From the NCBI GenBank assembly GCA_043821615.1, contig JBDRCS010000057.1, positions 1 through 39,967 on the forward strand: DNA of 39,967 bases, read 5' to 3'. Source of the DNA: Patescibacteria group bacterium. GTDB lineage: Bacteria > Patescibacteriota > Patescibacteriia > UBA9570 > JAHJKD01. Below, piece after piece: positions 1 through 9,018 of this stretch. The notes beneath the pieces are model-generated. The model made no database searches. It saw nothing but the letters and a program-made list of their open reading frames with translations, and was not told the DNA's origin. The position numbers were made by a program, and so were the translations under genes. Position 1 is the first letter of the stretch. The number at the start of each line of letters is the position of its first letter.

Positions 1-2332
1 TACCTGCCGGCGCCATAATTTTATCACGCACTTTTCCATTGACTTGTACCACCAATTCAATTTCATCATCTTTGGCAAGATCGGCATTGTATTCCGGCCA
101 GGCTTCTGAAAAAATTGATTCCATGTGGCCAAACCGTTCCCAAATTTCTTCACACAGGTGAGGTGCAAACGGTGCTAATAAAATTATAAATTTTTCTAAT
201 GCTTTTAAATCTAAAACTTTATTTTTTTCATCAATTGAGGATCTCCAATCAGGTTTACTATTTTCCCCATTAAAAAATATCATTAATTGAGCAATTGCTG
301 TATTAAATTTGAAGTTTTCAATATCGCTTGTTACCTTTTTTATAGTTTTATGGATTGATTTTGACTCGATTTTTTTATATTTTTTTTCATTCTCAATATT
401 ATCAATGCTTACCATCCATACTCTATCTAAAAATCTTTTTATTCCAATAATCGATTTCGGCTCCCAGGGTTTCACTTCTTCAAAAGCGCCCATAAACATT
501 TCATACATACGCATGGTATCGGCCCCATATTCATTAATGACCTCATCAGGATTCACAACATTACCTCTGGATTTACTCATCTTTTGGTGATCCTCACCCA
601 AAATCATGCCTTGGTTCCTCAATTTCTGAAAAGGTTCATCATGATCGACTTTGCTATCTATTTTAATATGGCCTAAATCTTTAAGAGCTTTATAAATAAA
701 GCGGGCGTAAATAAGATGCATGACAGCATGTTCGGCTCCACCCACATAAAGATCCACAGCCATCCATTTCTTTAAGAGTTCGTTGTCGACAAAAGCTTTA
801 TCATTTTTGGGGTCACAATATCTGAGGTAATACCAGGAGGAACAGACAAAAGTATCCATGGTATCAGACTCTCTTCTTACTCCCTCTTTGGCGCCACATT
901 TTGGACACTCAAGATCATGGAATGATTTACTGGAGGCAAGAGGTGATTCCCCTGTTGGTTTAAAATCTACGTCAGTAGGTAACTTAACTGGAAGCTGATC
1001 TTCTGGCACAGGAACTTCACCACATTTTTCACAATGAATAATTGGAATAGGTGTGCCCCAATATCTTTGACGAGAAATTAACCAGTCTCGCATTTTATAG
1101 TTTATAGTCAATTGTCCCTGGACTTTAGTAGTAATGTTTTTTTTGGCTTCTTGCCAATCTTGTCCATTAAATTCATCTGAGTTAACCATCTTGCCTTCTC
1201 CGATATAACACTCTTCATCAGATTGACCATTTTCTATAACTTTAATTATTTCAATATTAAATTTTTTGGCAAATTCCCAATCTCGTTCGTCATGAGCGGG
1301 TACGCACATGATGGCGCCGGTTCCATATGAGATTAGAACATAATCTGAGATGTAAATAGGAATCTCTTTATTATTGGCTGGGTTAATTGCTTTAAGCCCT
1401 TTAAGTTCTACGCCAGTTTTTTGTTTTTGAAGATCAGTTCTTTCTAGATCAGAGTTTTTCTGAGAAGTTTCTATATATTCTTCTACTTCATCCCAGTTTT
1501 CAATTTGGTTTTTTAATTTTTGAACCAATTCATGTTCCGGAGCAAAGACCATATAAGTGGCCCCGTATAAAGTATCAGGTCGGGTGGTGAATATTTTAAT
1601 GTTGAATTTTGAATTTTTAATTTTGAATTCGATGTCAGCGCCTTCAGAGCGGCCGATCCAATTTGATTGCATTAATTTGATTGGTTCGGGCCAGTCTATT
1701 TTTTCTAAGCCTTGCAATAAGTCTTCGGTGTAGTCGGTGATTTTAAAAAACCACTGCTCTAAATCTTTTTGAATAACTTCATTCTGGCAGCGCTCACACT
1801 TGCTATCAATGACCTGTTCATTGGCCAGCACAGTCTTGCATTCTTCGCACCAGTTCACGGCAGCCTTTTTCTTGTAGGCCAAACCTTTTTTATATAATTC
1901 TAGAAAAATCCATTGGGTCCATTTGTAATATTCGGGTGAGGAAGTATTGATTTCCCGATCCCAGTCATAGGAAAAGCCTAAAGACTTGATTTGTTTTTTA
2001 AAAGTATCGATGCTTTTTAATGTTGTTTCTTGAGGATGAACTCCGGATTTGATGGCAAAGTTTTCCGCGGGCAAGCCGAAAGCATCCCAGCCCATGGGGT
2101 GCAAAACTTCAAAGCCTTTCATTCTTTTATAGCGGGAAACGATGTCGGTGGCAGTGTAGCCCTCAGGATGGCCGACATGAAGGCCATGAGAGGAAGGATA
2201 AGGGAACATATCTAAACAATAGAATTTCTCTTTTGTGGATTTATCATCAGCTTTAAAAGCCCGGGTCTTTTCCCAGTGCTTTTGCCACTTTTTCTCGATT
2301 TTTTGGGGATTATACCTCGACAAGCTCGGCAT
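1..2332 (-). CDS. leuS: Leucyl-tRNA synthetase, C-terminus cut by window edge
   Basis: Absent from the ORF track because it runs off the window. My translation from the ATG at 2332..2330 gives MPSLSRYNPQKIEKKWQKHWEKTRAFKADDKSTKEKFYCLDMFPYPSSHGLHVGHPEGYTATDIVSRYKRMKGFEVLHPMGWDAFGLPAEN (HIGH-type HVGH, LeuS-typical PMGWDAFGLPAEN). KMSKS is encoded near 575-590. The frame is still open at position 2 (..ELVVQVNGKVRDKIMAPAG). Confidence 0.9.
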   Translation of the reverse strand, partial: MPSLSRYNPQKIEKKWQKHWEKTRAFKADDKSTKEKFYCLDMFPYPSSHGLHVGHPEGYTATDIVSRYKRMKGFEVLHPMGWDAFGLPAENFAIKSGVHPQETTLKSIDTFKKQIKSLGFSYDWDREINTSSPEYYKWTQWIFLELYKKGLAYKKKAAVNWCEECKTVLANEQVIDSKCERCQNEVIQKDLEQWFFKITDYTEDLLQGLEKIDWPEPIKLMQSNWIGRSEGADIEFKIKNSKFNIKIFTTRPDTLYGATYMVFAPEHELVQKLKNQIENWDEVEEYIETSQKNSDLERTDLQKQKTGVELKGLKAINPANNKEIPIYISDYVLISYGTGAIMCVPAHDERDWEFAKKFNIEIIKVIENGQSDEECYIGEGKMVNSDEFNGQDWQEAKKNITTKVQGQLTINYKMRDWLISRQRYWGTPIPIIHCEKCGEVPVPEDQLPVKLPTDVDFKPTGESPLASSKSFHDLECPKCGAKEGVRRESDTMDTFVCSSWYYLRYCDPKNDKAFVDNELLKKWMAVDLYVGGAEHAVMHLIYARFIYKALKDLGHIKIDSKVDHDEPFQKLRNQGMILGEDHQKMSKSRGNVVNPDEVINEYGADTMRMYEMFMGAFEEVKPWEPKSIIGIKRFLDRVWMVSIDNIENEKKYKKIESKSIHKTIKKVTSDIENFKFNTAIAQLMIFFNGENSKPDWRSSIDEKNKVLDLKALEKFIILLAPFAPHLCEEIWERFGHMESIFSEAWPEYNADLAKDDEIELVVQVNGKVRDKIMAPAG

Positions 2333-2504
2333 AAATTTATCTTTTTATTTAGTTATTAGTCTATATTAACATTTTGACTAGAATTAGCAAAATTTTGGAC
2401 TTTTTCACTATTTTTTTAGCTAGTATTAGCCAATTTTTTAAAAATAATCATTGACTTAACAAGGGGTAAATGATAGTCTATCTGGGTGTAAATTTTAAAT
2501 TTTT

Positions 2505-3863
2505 ATGGCAAAAACAACTTTTAAAAAACTATTGATTAACTTATTACTGGCCCTTATTGAGGGGTTGAGAAAATTAGGACATTATATAAAGGTTCTTCTA
2601 ATAACCATTACCAAACCAGTGGCATTTTTATGGAAAAAATTATTCCGGCCGCTAGTTATTAAGGTTTATAAATTTTATTTATTTGTAACTAATAAAATAA
2701 AAAGGGCCCTGGGTATTAATAAAAGATTAAATTTTTTATTTTCTAACCGTTATGTTGTACATGTTTCCATAGTTATCATGGCTTTAGTGGTGGCTTCTAC
2801 AAATATCGTTCAAGCTTCTGAGATAAGGCCGGAAGATTTTCAAACCAAAACAATTTTGCATGATATTGTTCAGCCGGAAATTGGCGATGATGAAGATATA
2901 GTAGAAACTTCAGAGAGCATTAAAAAATCAGATAAGCAATATGTAGACACTTCCACTTCCCTGGTTTCAAATATTCCTGTAATAGAAGAAGATGACAGCG
3001 TGCAAGGCAATCTGCTTATTTCTGAGGGTGGCGGTGCTTTGGTAAAAAGCAATATTTTAGACACCAAGCTTGGCTATACCACGGATATTAGAGAGCATGA
3101 AGTAAAAGAAGGAGAAACCGCTTCCATGATTGCTGAAGACTATGGAATTTCCCTGGCTACCTTGCAGTGGGCCAACGGCCTGGGATCATCTACCGTAATC
3201 AAGCCGGGTGAAAAATTAAAGATCCCTCCGGTTGACGGCGTGATCTATACCATTGAAAGCGGCGACACCTTGCTTGACGTTGTTTCCAAAAGAAAAGGTG
3301 ACATTGATAAAGTAAGGGAACTTAATGAAATCGGCGATGATGACCTGATTGCCGTTGGGACAACCATTATTATCCCGGACGGACAACCTTATACGCCTCC
3401 ACCTCCACCAACAACCAGCTCTTCCGGTTCAACTTCAGGGTCTTCCGGAACTACAGGTGGCTGGACCTCGGTATTCAACCCTTCAAATCAACCTTCAGCT
3501 CCGGCTGCCAGCGGCCAATTTGGCTGGCCTTCTGCTTCACATGATATTTCTCAATATTCCCGCTGGGGCCATATTGCAATTGATATCAGGGGACCCATGG
3601 GCACGGCAATTTATGCTTCTGCCGGCGGCGTAGCCACTTTGCATTCCGGCGGAGGCTATGGCAACTATATTATTGTTGACCATCAAAATGGCTGGTCCAC
3701 CTTATACGCCCATCTTTCCAGCTATGGCGTTTCCAATGGCCAGTATGTTTCCCAGGGACAATACATCGGCGGCGAAGGCTCAACCGGCTGGTCCACCGGC
3801 CCTCATCTGCACTTTGAGATAAGGCAGGGCGGTACAAAATATAATCCCTTGGATTTGTTGTAA
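2505..3863 (+). CDS. Membrane-anchored LysM-domain M23 family metallopeptidase
   Basis: N-terminal hydrophobic segments. Two LysM-like repeats (HEVKEGETASMIAEDYGISLATLQWANGL; YTIESGDTLLDVVSKRKGDIDKVRELNEI). P/S/T/G linker. C-terminal M23 motifs (GHIAIDI, GPHLHFEIRQGG). Confidence 0.85.
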   Translation: MAKTTFKKLLINLLLALIEGLRKLGHYIKVLLITITKPVAFLWKKLFRPLVIKVYKFYLFVTNKIKRALGINKRLNFLFSNRYVVHVSIVIMALVVASTNIVQASEIRPEDFQTKTILHDIVQPEIGDDEDIVETSESIKKSDKQYVDTSTSLVSNIPVIEEDDSVQGNLLISEGGGALVKSNILDTKLGYTTDIREHEVKEGETASMIAEDYGISLATLQWANGLGSSTVIKPGEKLKIPPVDGVIYTIESGDTLLDVVSKRKGDIDKVRELNEIGDDDLIAVGTTIIIPDGQPYTPPPPPTTSSSGSTSGSSGTTGGWTSVFNPSNQPSAPAASGQFGWPSASHDISQYSRWGHIAIDIRGPMGTAIYASAGGVATLHSGGGYGNYIIVDHQNGWSTLYAHLSSYGVSNGQYVSQGQYIGGEGSTGWSTGPHLHFEIRQGGTKYNPLDLL

Positions 3864-3867
3864 TAAA

Positions 3868-3891
3868 AGAGACGTGGCATGCCACGTCTCT
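3868..3891. terminator. Perfect 24-nt palindrome between convergent genes (bidirectional terminator candidate)
   Basis: AGAGACGTGGCA/TGCCACGTCTCT is an exact reverse complement. It is flanked by an A-run on the left and ACTTTTTT on the right, and sits between the stops at 3863 (+) and 3911 (-). Confidence 0.7.
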
Positions 3892-3910
3892 ACTTTTTTA
3901 TAGAAAAATT

Positions 3911-4294
3911 TTATTTGCTCATTGTCTTTTTAATCTTGTCTACAATTTCAGCGGTGGTGAAGTTGGCTTTTACCAAGTAATCATCTGCTCCAAGGGAGAG
4001 GCCTTTTTCTACTTTGGATTCCTGACCAAAATTGGAGAGAATAAGCACGGGCACTTTTGCCTGGGCTGATTTTTTATCAGCTTTGATCTTTTCCAAAAAT
4101 TCAAAACCATCCATGCCAGGAAGCATGATATCCAATAGAATAATATCAGGTACATTGGCTTTTACTTTTTCCAGAGCATTTTCTGCATCAGGAGAAAGCT
4201 CTATGCCAAAGCCTTCTTTTTCTAATTTGGTCGCTATTAGTTCGCTTAGAAAGCGATCATCCTCAACAATGAGGATATTTATTTTGTCTGCCAT
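3911..4294 (-). CDS. Stand-alone response-regulator receiver domain (CheY-like)
   Basis: 127 aa. Receiver signature ILIVEDD ... ILLDIMLPGMDG ... LILSN ... GADDYLVKA. No output domain. Confidence 0.85.
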   Translation of the reverse strand: MADKINILIVEDDRFLSELIATKLEKEGFGIELSPDAENALEKVKANVPDIILLDIMLPGMDGFEFLEKIKADKKSAQAKVPVLILSNFGQESKVEKGLSLGADDYLVKANFTTAEIVDKIKKTMSK

Positions 4295-4361
4295 ATGTTG
4301 ACTATTTAATGATTTATCAATATTGTTATATGTATTATAGCAAATTTTTTAAGTTTAAGCA

Positions 4362-5021
4362 ATGGGAAAACTTTATATTGTAGCAACGCCAATCGGTAAT
4401 TTGGAAGATATTACCATGAGAGCGATAAAAACCTTGAAAGATGTGGATATTATTGCCTGTGAAGACACCAGACAAACCTTAAAATTGCTTAATAAATATG
4501 AAATTAAAAATAAATTAGTAAGTTATCACCAACATTCAAATATTACTAAAATTGACTATTTGATCACTGAACTAATTGGAGGCAATGACATGGCCGTGGT
4601 AACAGATGCGGGAACTCCGGGAATTTCCGACCCTGGATCTGCTCTAATCCAAGAAGCAATTAAAAATAATATAGAAATTGTCTCTATACCCGGCCCTTCA
4701 GCTATTATTGCAGGCTTGGCTGGATCTGGAGTAGACACTTCAAAATTTACCTTCCTGGGCTTTATGCCTCACAAAAAAGGCAGGCAAACATTATTTGAGC
4801 AAATCAAAAAAGAAGAGCAGACCGTGGTTTTTTATGAATCCTGCCACAGAATACTAAAAACCCTGGAAGCGCTAAAAGATTGCGAGAAACAAATTGTTCT
4901 ATGCCGGGAGCTGACTAAAATTCATGAGGAATTTCTACGTGGAACAGCCGTTGAGCTTTTAAAAATTCTTGAGGACAATAAAGAGAAGCAGAAAGGTGAG
5001 TTTGTGGTTATTGTTTCTTAG
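4362..5021 (+). CDS. rsmI: 16S rRNA 2'-O-ribose C1402 methyltransferase RsmI-like (tetrapyrrole-methylase fold)
   Basis: GKLYIVATPIGNLEDITMRAIKTLKDVDIIACEDTR N-terminus and DAGTPGISDPG motif typical of RsmI. Confidence 0.8.
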   Translation: MGKLYIVATPIGNLEDITMRAIKTLKDVDIIACEDTRQTLKLLNKYEIKNKLVSYHQHSNITKIDYLITELIGGNDMAVVTDAGTPGISDPGSALIQEAIKNNIEIVSIPGPSAIIAGLAGSGVDTSKFTFLGFMPHKKGRQTLFEQIKKEEQTVVFYESCHRILKTLEALKDCEKQIVLCRELTKIHEEFLRGTAVELLKILEDNKEKQKGEFVVIVS

Positions 5022-5023
5022 CC

Positions 5024-6538
5024 TCACCCCCGATACTGTAGAGCTTCGGCTAAGTGATCTGATTTGATATGTTCTGATTTTCCCAGGTCTGCAATGGTGC
5101 GGGCCAATTTTAATATACGAAAATAGCCACGAGGAGATAGGTTTAATTTTTGAGAGGCGGTTTTTAGCAGGCCTTTAGAATTAACATCAAGCTGGCAATA
5201 TTTATCAATTTCTTTATTGTTCATTTCTGAATTAGTAAAGATGGCTATATTTTTAAAACGCTCTCTTTGGATGGCTCTGGCCTCTTCTACGCGAGCTCTG
5301 ATTGTGACTGAGTTTTCTGCAGTGGGCTCGGCGGAAAGCTTTTCAAATTTTATTCGCGGCACTTCAATGAACATGTCGATCCTGTCTAAAATTGGTCCGG
5401 AAACTTTTTTGTGGTAATTATTGACTTGAAGGGCAGTGCAAGTACATTCTTTTTGAGGATCGCCCAGATAGCCGCAGGGGCAAGGATTTTGAGCCGTGAC
5501 CAGGATAAAATTGGCAGGATAGGAAATGGTAGACTGGACGCGAGACACAGTTACCACCCTGTCTTCCAGGGGCTGGCGCAAAGCCTCGAGAACTGAGCGG
5601 GGAAATTCAGGAAACTCATCTAAAAATAGAACCCCGCGATGGGCCAAGGAAATCTCTCCGGGCTTGGGCACGCGGCCGCCCCCCACCAAAGAAGCTGTGG
5701 AAGAGGAATGATGCGGAGAACGAAAAGGCCTTTCTACCATTAATGGTTTTTTTTCTGAAAGTTGTTTGGCAACGCTATATATTCGCGTTACTTCCAGAAC
5801 TTCATCTAAATCCAGCCGCGGCATAATAGTGATCATGGTTTTACTGAGAATGGTTTTCCCGGAGCCAGGCGGACCGGTCATGGCCAGATTGTGCCCTCCG
5901 GAAGCGGCAATTTCCAGGGCGCGCTTGGCTGTTTCCTGGCCCCGGACGTTGCGCATATCAAGCCCGCCAAAATCTTCCTTGAATTTTAGATTTATTTTCT
6001 TTTTTAAAACGGGAATCTTTTTTTCACCGGTTAAATGACTGATCAGTTCCTTTAAATTATGGACGGGAAAAATATTTATATCCGGCACCAATGAGGCCTC
6101 CTCTGCATTTTGGCAGGGCAGGAATATATTTTTAATTTTTTTTTCTTTGGCCATGAGCACGATGGCAAGAGCTCCGGTAATGGGGCGGAGTTTGGCCTCC
6201 AGGGAAAGCTCACCAATAAATAGAGAATTGAAAAAATCTGTTTCCCCTAATTGTTCATTGGCCTTAAGAATGGCTAGGGCAATAGGCAGGTCATAGGCCG
6301 GCCCTTCCTTTTTAATATCAGCCGGGGCTAAATTAACCGTGACCCGGTATTCCGGAAAAGAAAACCCGATATTTTTAAGGGCGGTTCTCACCCGGTCACG
6401 AGATTCCTGAATGGCCGTGTCCGGCAGGCCCACAATAATAAAGCTAGGTAGGCCAAAAGAAATATCAGCCTCCACTTCAACTAATTCGCTTTCCAGGCCA
6501 ATAAGAGCCCCGGAGTATAATTTTGATGTCATACCCAA
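5024..6538 (-). CDS. comM: YifB/ComM family Mg-chelatase-like AAA+ ATPase
   Basis: 504 aa. N-terminal Lon-protease-like domain. Walker A GPPGSGKT, Walker B VLFLDEFPEF. C-terminal Mg-chelatase subunit ChlI-like tail. Confidence 0.9.
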   Translation of the reverse strand: MGMTSKLYSGALIGLESELVEVEADISFGLPSFIIVGLPDTAIQESRDRVRTALKNIGFSFPEYRVTVNLAPADIKKEGPAYDLPIALAILKANEQLGETDFFNSLFIGELSLEAKLRPITGALAIVLMAKEKKIKNIFLPCQNAEEASLVPDINIFPVHNLKELISHLTGEKKIPVLKKKINLKFKEDFGGLDMRNVRGQETAKRALEIAASGGHNLAMTGPPGSGKTILSKTMITIMPRLDLDEVLEVTRIYSVAKQLSEKKPLMVERPFRSPHHSSSTASLVGGGRVPKPGEISLAHRGVLFLDEFPEFPRSVLEALRQPLEDRVVTVSRVQSTISYPANFILVTAQNPCPCGYLGDPQKECTCTALQVNNYHKKVSGPILDRIDMFIEVPRIKFEKLSAEPTAENSVTIRARVEEARAIQRERFKNIAIFTNSEMNNKEIDKYCQLDVNSKGLLKTASQKLNLSPRGYFRILKLARTIADLGKSEHIKSDHLAEALQYRG

Positions 6539-6551
6539 CCCCCTTTTTGTG

Positions 6552-6624
6552 TTCCCCAGACTGAAGTCTGCTCGCTTCCCCAGACTGAAGTCTGGGGGCA
6601 GAAAGAAAGACTAAAGTCTTTCTT
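6552..6624. repeat. Tandem palindromes with core AGACT-N2-AGTCT (19-nt perfect direct repeat x2 plus a third hairpin)
   Basis: TTCCCCAGACTGAAGTCTG occurs at 6552-6570 and 6576-6594 with a 5-nt spacer. The second copy extends to CCCCAGACT GA AGTCTGGGG. A third palindrome AAGAAAGACT AA AGTCTTTCTT lies at 6603-6624. All are directly upstream of the comM start (6538). Confidence 0.8.
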
Positions 6625-6712
6625 GGTATTGTTTGTTGAAAAAATTTTCATTTTTTTGATTTTTTATATAATTAATGGCAGGGCTTTAGCCTGGGGACGG
6701 GGGGAGAGGAAC

Positions 6713-6738
6713 AAAAAAAACGTCCCACTGCTGGGACG
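6713..6738 (-). terminator. Rho-independent terminator after the RNHCP gene
   Basis: The minus strand reads CGTCCCA GCAG TGGGACG followed by TTTTTTTT, about 30 nt after the stop at 6771. Confidence 0.7.
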
Positions 6739-6770
6739 CCGAATCCTGATAGCTTCATAATAAACTATTA

Positions 6771-7085
6771 CTAACTTCTTGACAAGGCCTTGATGATTTT
6801 ATACAAATTTTCCCTGTTGTCTTCGGGTTGTAATTTATTTTTTCTTTCATGCCCGCACTTAATGCATTTCTGGACCAGGGTCTGCTCGCCGTCTATTAAT
6901 TCAACTCTAATTAATTTCATTAAGCCATTACAGGCTGATTCCCGATCTCCGGGATTTACATCTACATGAAGGGAATAAAAACATTCCGGGCAATGATTTG
7001 TAAAGCCGGTGCCCTTTACTTCATGACCACAATTCGCACAGATAAAGTCCTCAACTTTTTTTTGAAATTTTTTTCCTTGGTTCAT
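6771..7085 (-). CDS. RNHCP domain protein (Cys-rich zinc-ribbon-like)
   Basis: FTNHCPECFYSLHVD plus CANCGH and CIKCGH Cys pairs. I take the start at MNQGKK (ATG 7085) rather than the track start 7115. Overlaps the lspA 3' end by 35 nt. Confidence 0.65.
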   Translation of the reverse strand: MNQGKKFQKKVEDFICANCGHEVKGTGFTNHCPECFYSLHVDVNPGDRESACNGLMKLIRVELIDGEQTLVQKCIKCGHERKNKLQPEDNRENLYKIIKALSRS

Positions 7086-7518
7086 AAATAAAAATGTAAA
7101 ACATCCAAATAACAACCGCCACCACTATATAAATATCGGCTAAATTAAAAATCGACCAAAAGGGAACAGTAATAAAATCCACAACATAGCCATATTGAAT
7201 GCGATCAATAATATTTCCCACGGCCCCGGCAATGATGAACAAAATTAAAAAAAACTGAAAGAATTCTTTATTTTGATAGCTTTTAAATAACAAATAAGAC
7301 ATTAATCCTAAAACAATAATTGCAAAGGCAATAAATAAAAATGACTGTAAAGGCAGGCCAAAGGCAATGTTGGGATTGGCCTTAAACTGGAGAAACAACA
7401 AAGGCTCCCAAAAAATAAACCGGGAGCCATGATTGTGTTCAAAATAATATTTTGTAATTTGATCCAGAAACAAGGCAACGCCGGCAACAATCACCGCTAA
7501 AATATATTTACCTTTCAT
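7051..7518 (-). CDS. lspA: Lipoprotein signal peptidase II
   Basis: 155 aa, four hydrophobic segments, GNIIDRIQYGYVVDFI and FNLADIYI motifs. Confidence 0.85.
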   Translation of the reverse strand: MKGKYILAVIVAGVALFLDQITKYYFEHNHGSRFIFWEPLLFLQFKANPNIAFGLPLQSFLFIAFAIIVLGLMSYLLFKSYQNKEFFQFFLILFIIAGAVGNIIDRIQYGYVVDFITVPFWSIFNLADIYIVVAVVIWMFYIFIYEPRKKISKKS

Positions 7519-7896
7519 TTATTTTTGCATGCAATTTACGCAAGTCTTGGCAGTGGGATTGGCTTTGAGGCGGTCATCTGTAATTGATTCGTTACATTTT
7601 TCACAATAACCAAATTTTTCAGTATCAATTTTTTCAATAGCTTCTTCAATTTTTGTGAGATAGCTTTCCAGCTCGCCGGTGGAATCAACAATCACCGTGT
7701 AATCGGAAACTTCGGTGGGAGAATTGTCTTCCAACTCGGTGTAATAGTCATCACCATAGTTTGGAAAGCGTGGGGCAAAATCTCCCGGCACTTCTTCGCC
7801 AACATCCTTGTCAGAGATGACGCCTAAGGCTTTTTCGACGTCGGCTTTTTCCTTTTGTAACTCCTCCTTTAATTGAATTATTAGTTGTTCGTCCAT
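7519..7896 (-). CDS. DksA/TraR family C4 zinc-finger protein
   Basis: Acidic coiled-coil N-terminus and C-terminal CEKCNESITDDRLKANPTAKTCVNC (CxxC-N17-CxxC). Confidence 0.75.
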   Translation of the reverse strand: MDEQLIIQLKEELQKEKADVEKALGVISDKDVGEEVPGDFAPRFPNYGDDYYTELEDNSPTEVSDYTVIVDSTGELESYLTKIEEAIEKIDTEKFGYCEKCNESITDDRLKANPTAKTCVNCMQK

Positions 7897-7926
7897 AGTT
7901 TATAGTTATTAGTTTATAGTTAATAG

Positions 7927-7935
7927 ATTATAGCA
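7927..7935 (-). promoter_or_regulatory. Extended -10 (TGcTATAAT) upstream of the dksA-like gene
   Basis: The minus strand reads TTTTGCTATAATCTATT about 30 nt upstream of ATG 7896, immediately after the terminator at 7948-7975. Confidence 0.45.
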
Positions 7936-7947
7936 AAAAAGTTGGGC

Positions 7948-7975
7948 AAAAAAAAGAGGGGGCGATGAACGCCCC
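7948..7975 (-). terminator. Rho-independent terminator ending an ORF-poor transcription unit
   Basis: The minus strand reads GGGGCG TTCAT CGCCCC CTC TTTTTTTT. Confidence 0.7.
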
Positions 7976-8198
7976 AACTTTGTTATTCAAAATTTTTATA
8001 GGCATCATACGCCCCCAGTCGTCAGGATTCTATCTATGTCCACAAAATGTAGACAAAGTATCGATGTCCTGGCGATAACGGACTTTTTCTATTTACTAGG
8101 AGTCATAGAAAAACGTTGCTTCTCCACTGTGACGGCTGTCCCTCGATAGTCCGCAGACTATATAATTGAAGGCTGGCCAATGTAATTTTATTTTTGTT

Positions 8199-8309
8199 TT
8201 ATTTTCCTAGTTTACTAGCAGAGAAGAAAATACCACTAATTTTGGGTATTCCATCAAGAATTAGTAATATTTCCTTTTCTGCTATTTTTTTCAATGTACT
8301 TTTCCACAT
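8199..8309 (-). CDS. Candidate 36-aa small ORF (MWKSTLKKIAEKEILLILDGIPKISGIFFSASKLGK)
   Basis: My own translation; too short for the ORF track. The ATG lies about 5 nt downstream of the predicted start of the 8321-8349 promoter. No homology recognised. Confidence 0.25.
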   Translation of the reverse strand: MWKSTLKKIAEKEILLILDGIPKISGIFFSASKLGK

Positions 8310-8320
8310 TTGGTATAGTT

Positions 8321-8349
8321 AGTATAGCAAAAAGAATTGTAAAAGTCAA
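8321..8349 (-). promoter_or_regulatory. Sigma70-like promoter TTGACT-17-TATACT (minus strand)
   Basis: The minus strand reads TTGACT TTTACAATTCTTTTTGC TATACT. It lies downstream of the gmk terminator and drives the ORF-poor 8313-7950 region. Confidence 0.55.
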
Positions 8350-8356
8350 TAGTATA

Positions 8357-8384
8357 ACAAAAAATTGGCTAGCTTTAGCCAATT
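8357..8384 (-). terminator. Rho-independent terminator after gmk
   Basis: 9-bp perfect stem AATTGGCTA/TAGCCAATT with a 4-nt loop, followed by a T-run on the minus strand. Confidence 0.65.
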
Positions 8385-8448
8385 TCTTGCATATTTTTAT
8401 ACTGTTGATAAGTTTTTATTAATTCACACTTTATCCACAATATACAAA

Positions 8449-9006
8449 TTACTTATTGTTATCAATGATTTCTTTTACTTCTGTGGCGGCCTCGTCCAGC
8501 TTTCCTTCTTCATTTACCACTAAATAATCCCAATCTAAAAGGTTTTCCAGCTCTTTTCGGGCTGTTTCCAGCCTTTGTTTAATGACTTCTTTGGTATCTG
8601 TTTCCCTGTTTACAAGCCTTTTTTCAAGATATTCATAGGATGGAGGCATAATAAAGATGGAAATGGCCTCAGGCATCATTTTCTTGAAGGTACGAGCGCC
8701 CTGAGGATCTACTTTTACGACCACAACTTCGTTTTTTGACAGTTTGTCTTCTACTTCTTTTTTCGTAGAACCATAGTAATTACCATAAACCTTGGCCCAT
8801 TCTATCATTTCTTCCCCATCTATGACCTTTTTAAACTCTTCCTCGGAAATAAAGTGATAAGGATGCCCTTCGGACTCTCCAGCCCTGATTTCACGGGTTG
8901 AAGTGGTGATAACCTGGGCAAAATTCAATCCCTGATCTTTGGAACGATAGATCACAGAATCCTTGCCCGCGCCACTAGGCCCGGTAATAATAAATAATTT
9001 TCCCAT
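8449..9006 (-). CDS. gmk: Guanylate kinase
   Basis: 185 aa, P-loop GPSGAGKDS, TTSTREIRAGE, typical Gmk length. Confidence 0.9.
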   Translation of the reverse strand: MGKLFIITGPSGAGKDSVIYRSKDQGLNFAQVITTSTREIRAGESEGHPYHFISEEEFKKVIDGEEMIEWAKVYGNYYGSTKKEVEDKLSKNEVVVVKVDPQGARTFKKMMPEAISIFIMPPSYEYLEKRLVNRETDTKEVIKQRLETARKELENLLDWDYLVVNEEGKLDEAATEVKEIIDNNK

Positions 9007-9018
9007 ATAATATAATAA

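Noticed and set aside
309-2215. ORFs 309..590(+) and 2030..2215(+)
   Set aside because: They are antisense to the clearly coding leuS frame on the minus strand.
6552-6594. Possible CRISPR array from the 19-nt perfect direct repeat
   Set aside because: There are only two copies, separated by 5 nt. The unit is itself a palindrome, and no cas genes are in the window. I treat it as an operator- or REP-like repeat instead.
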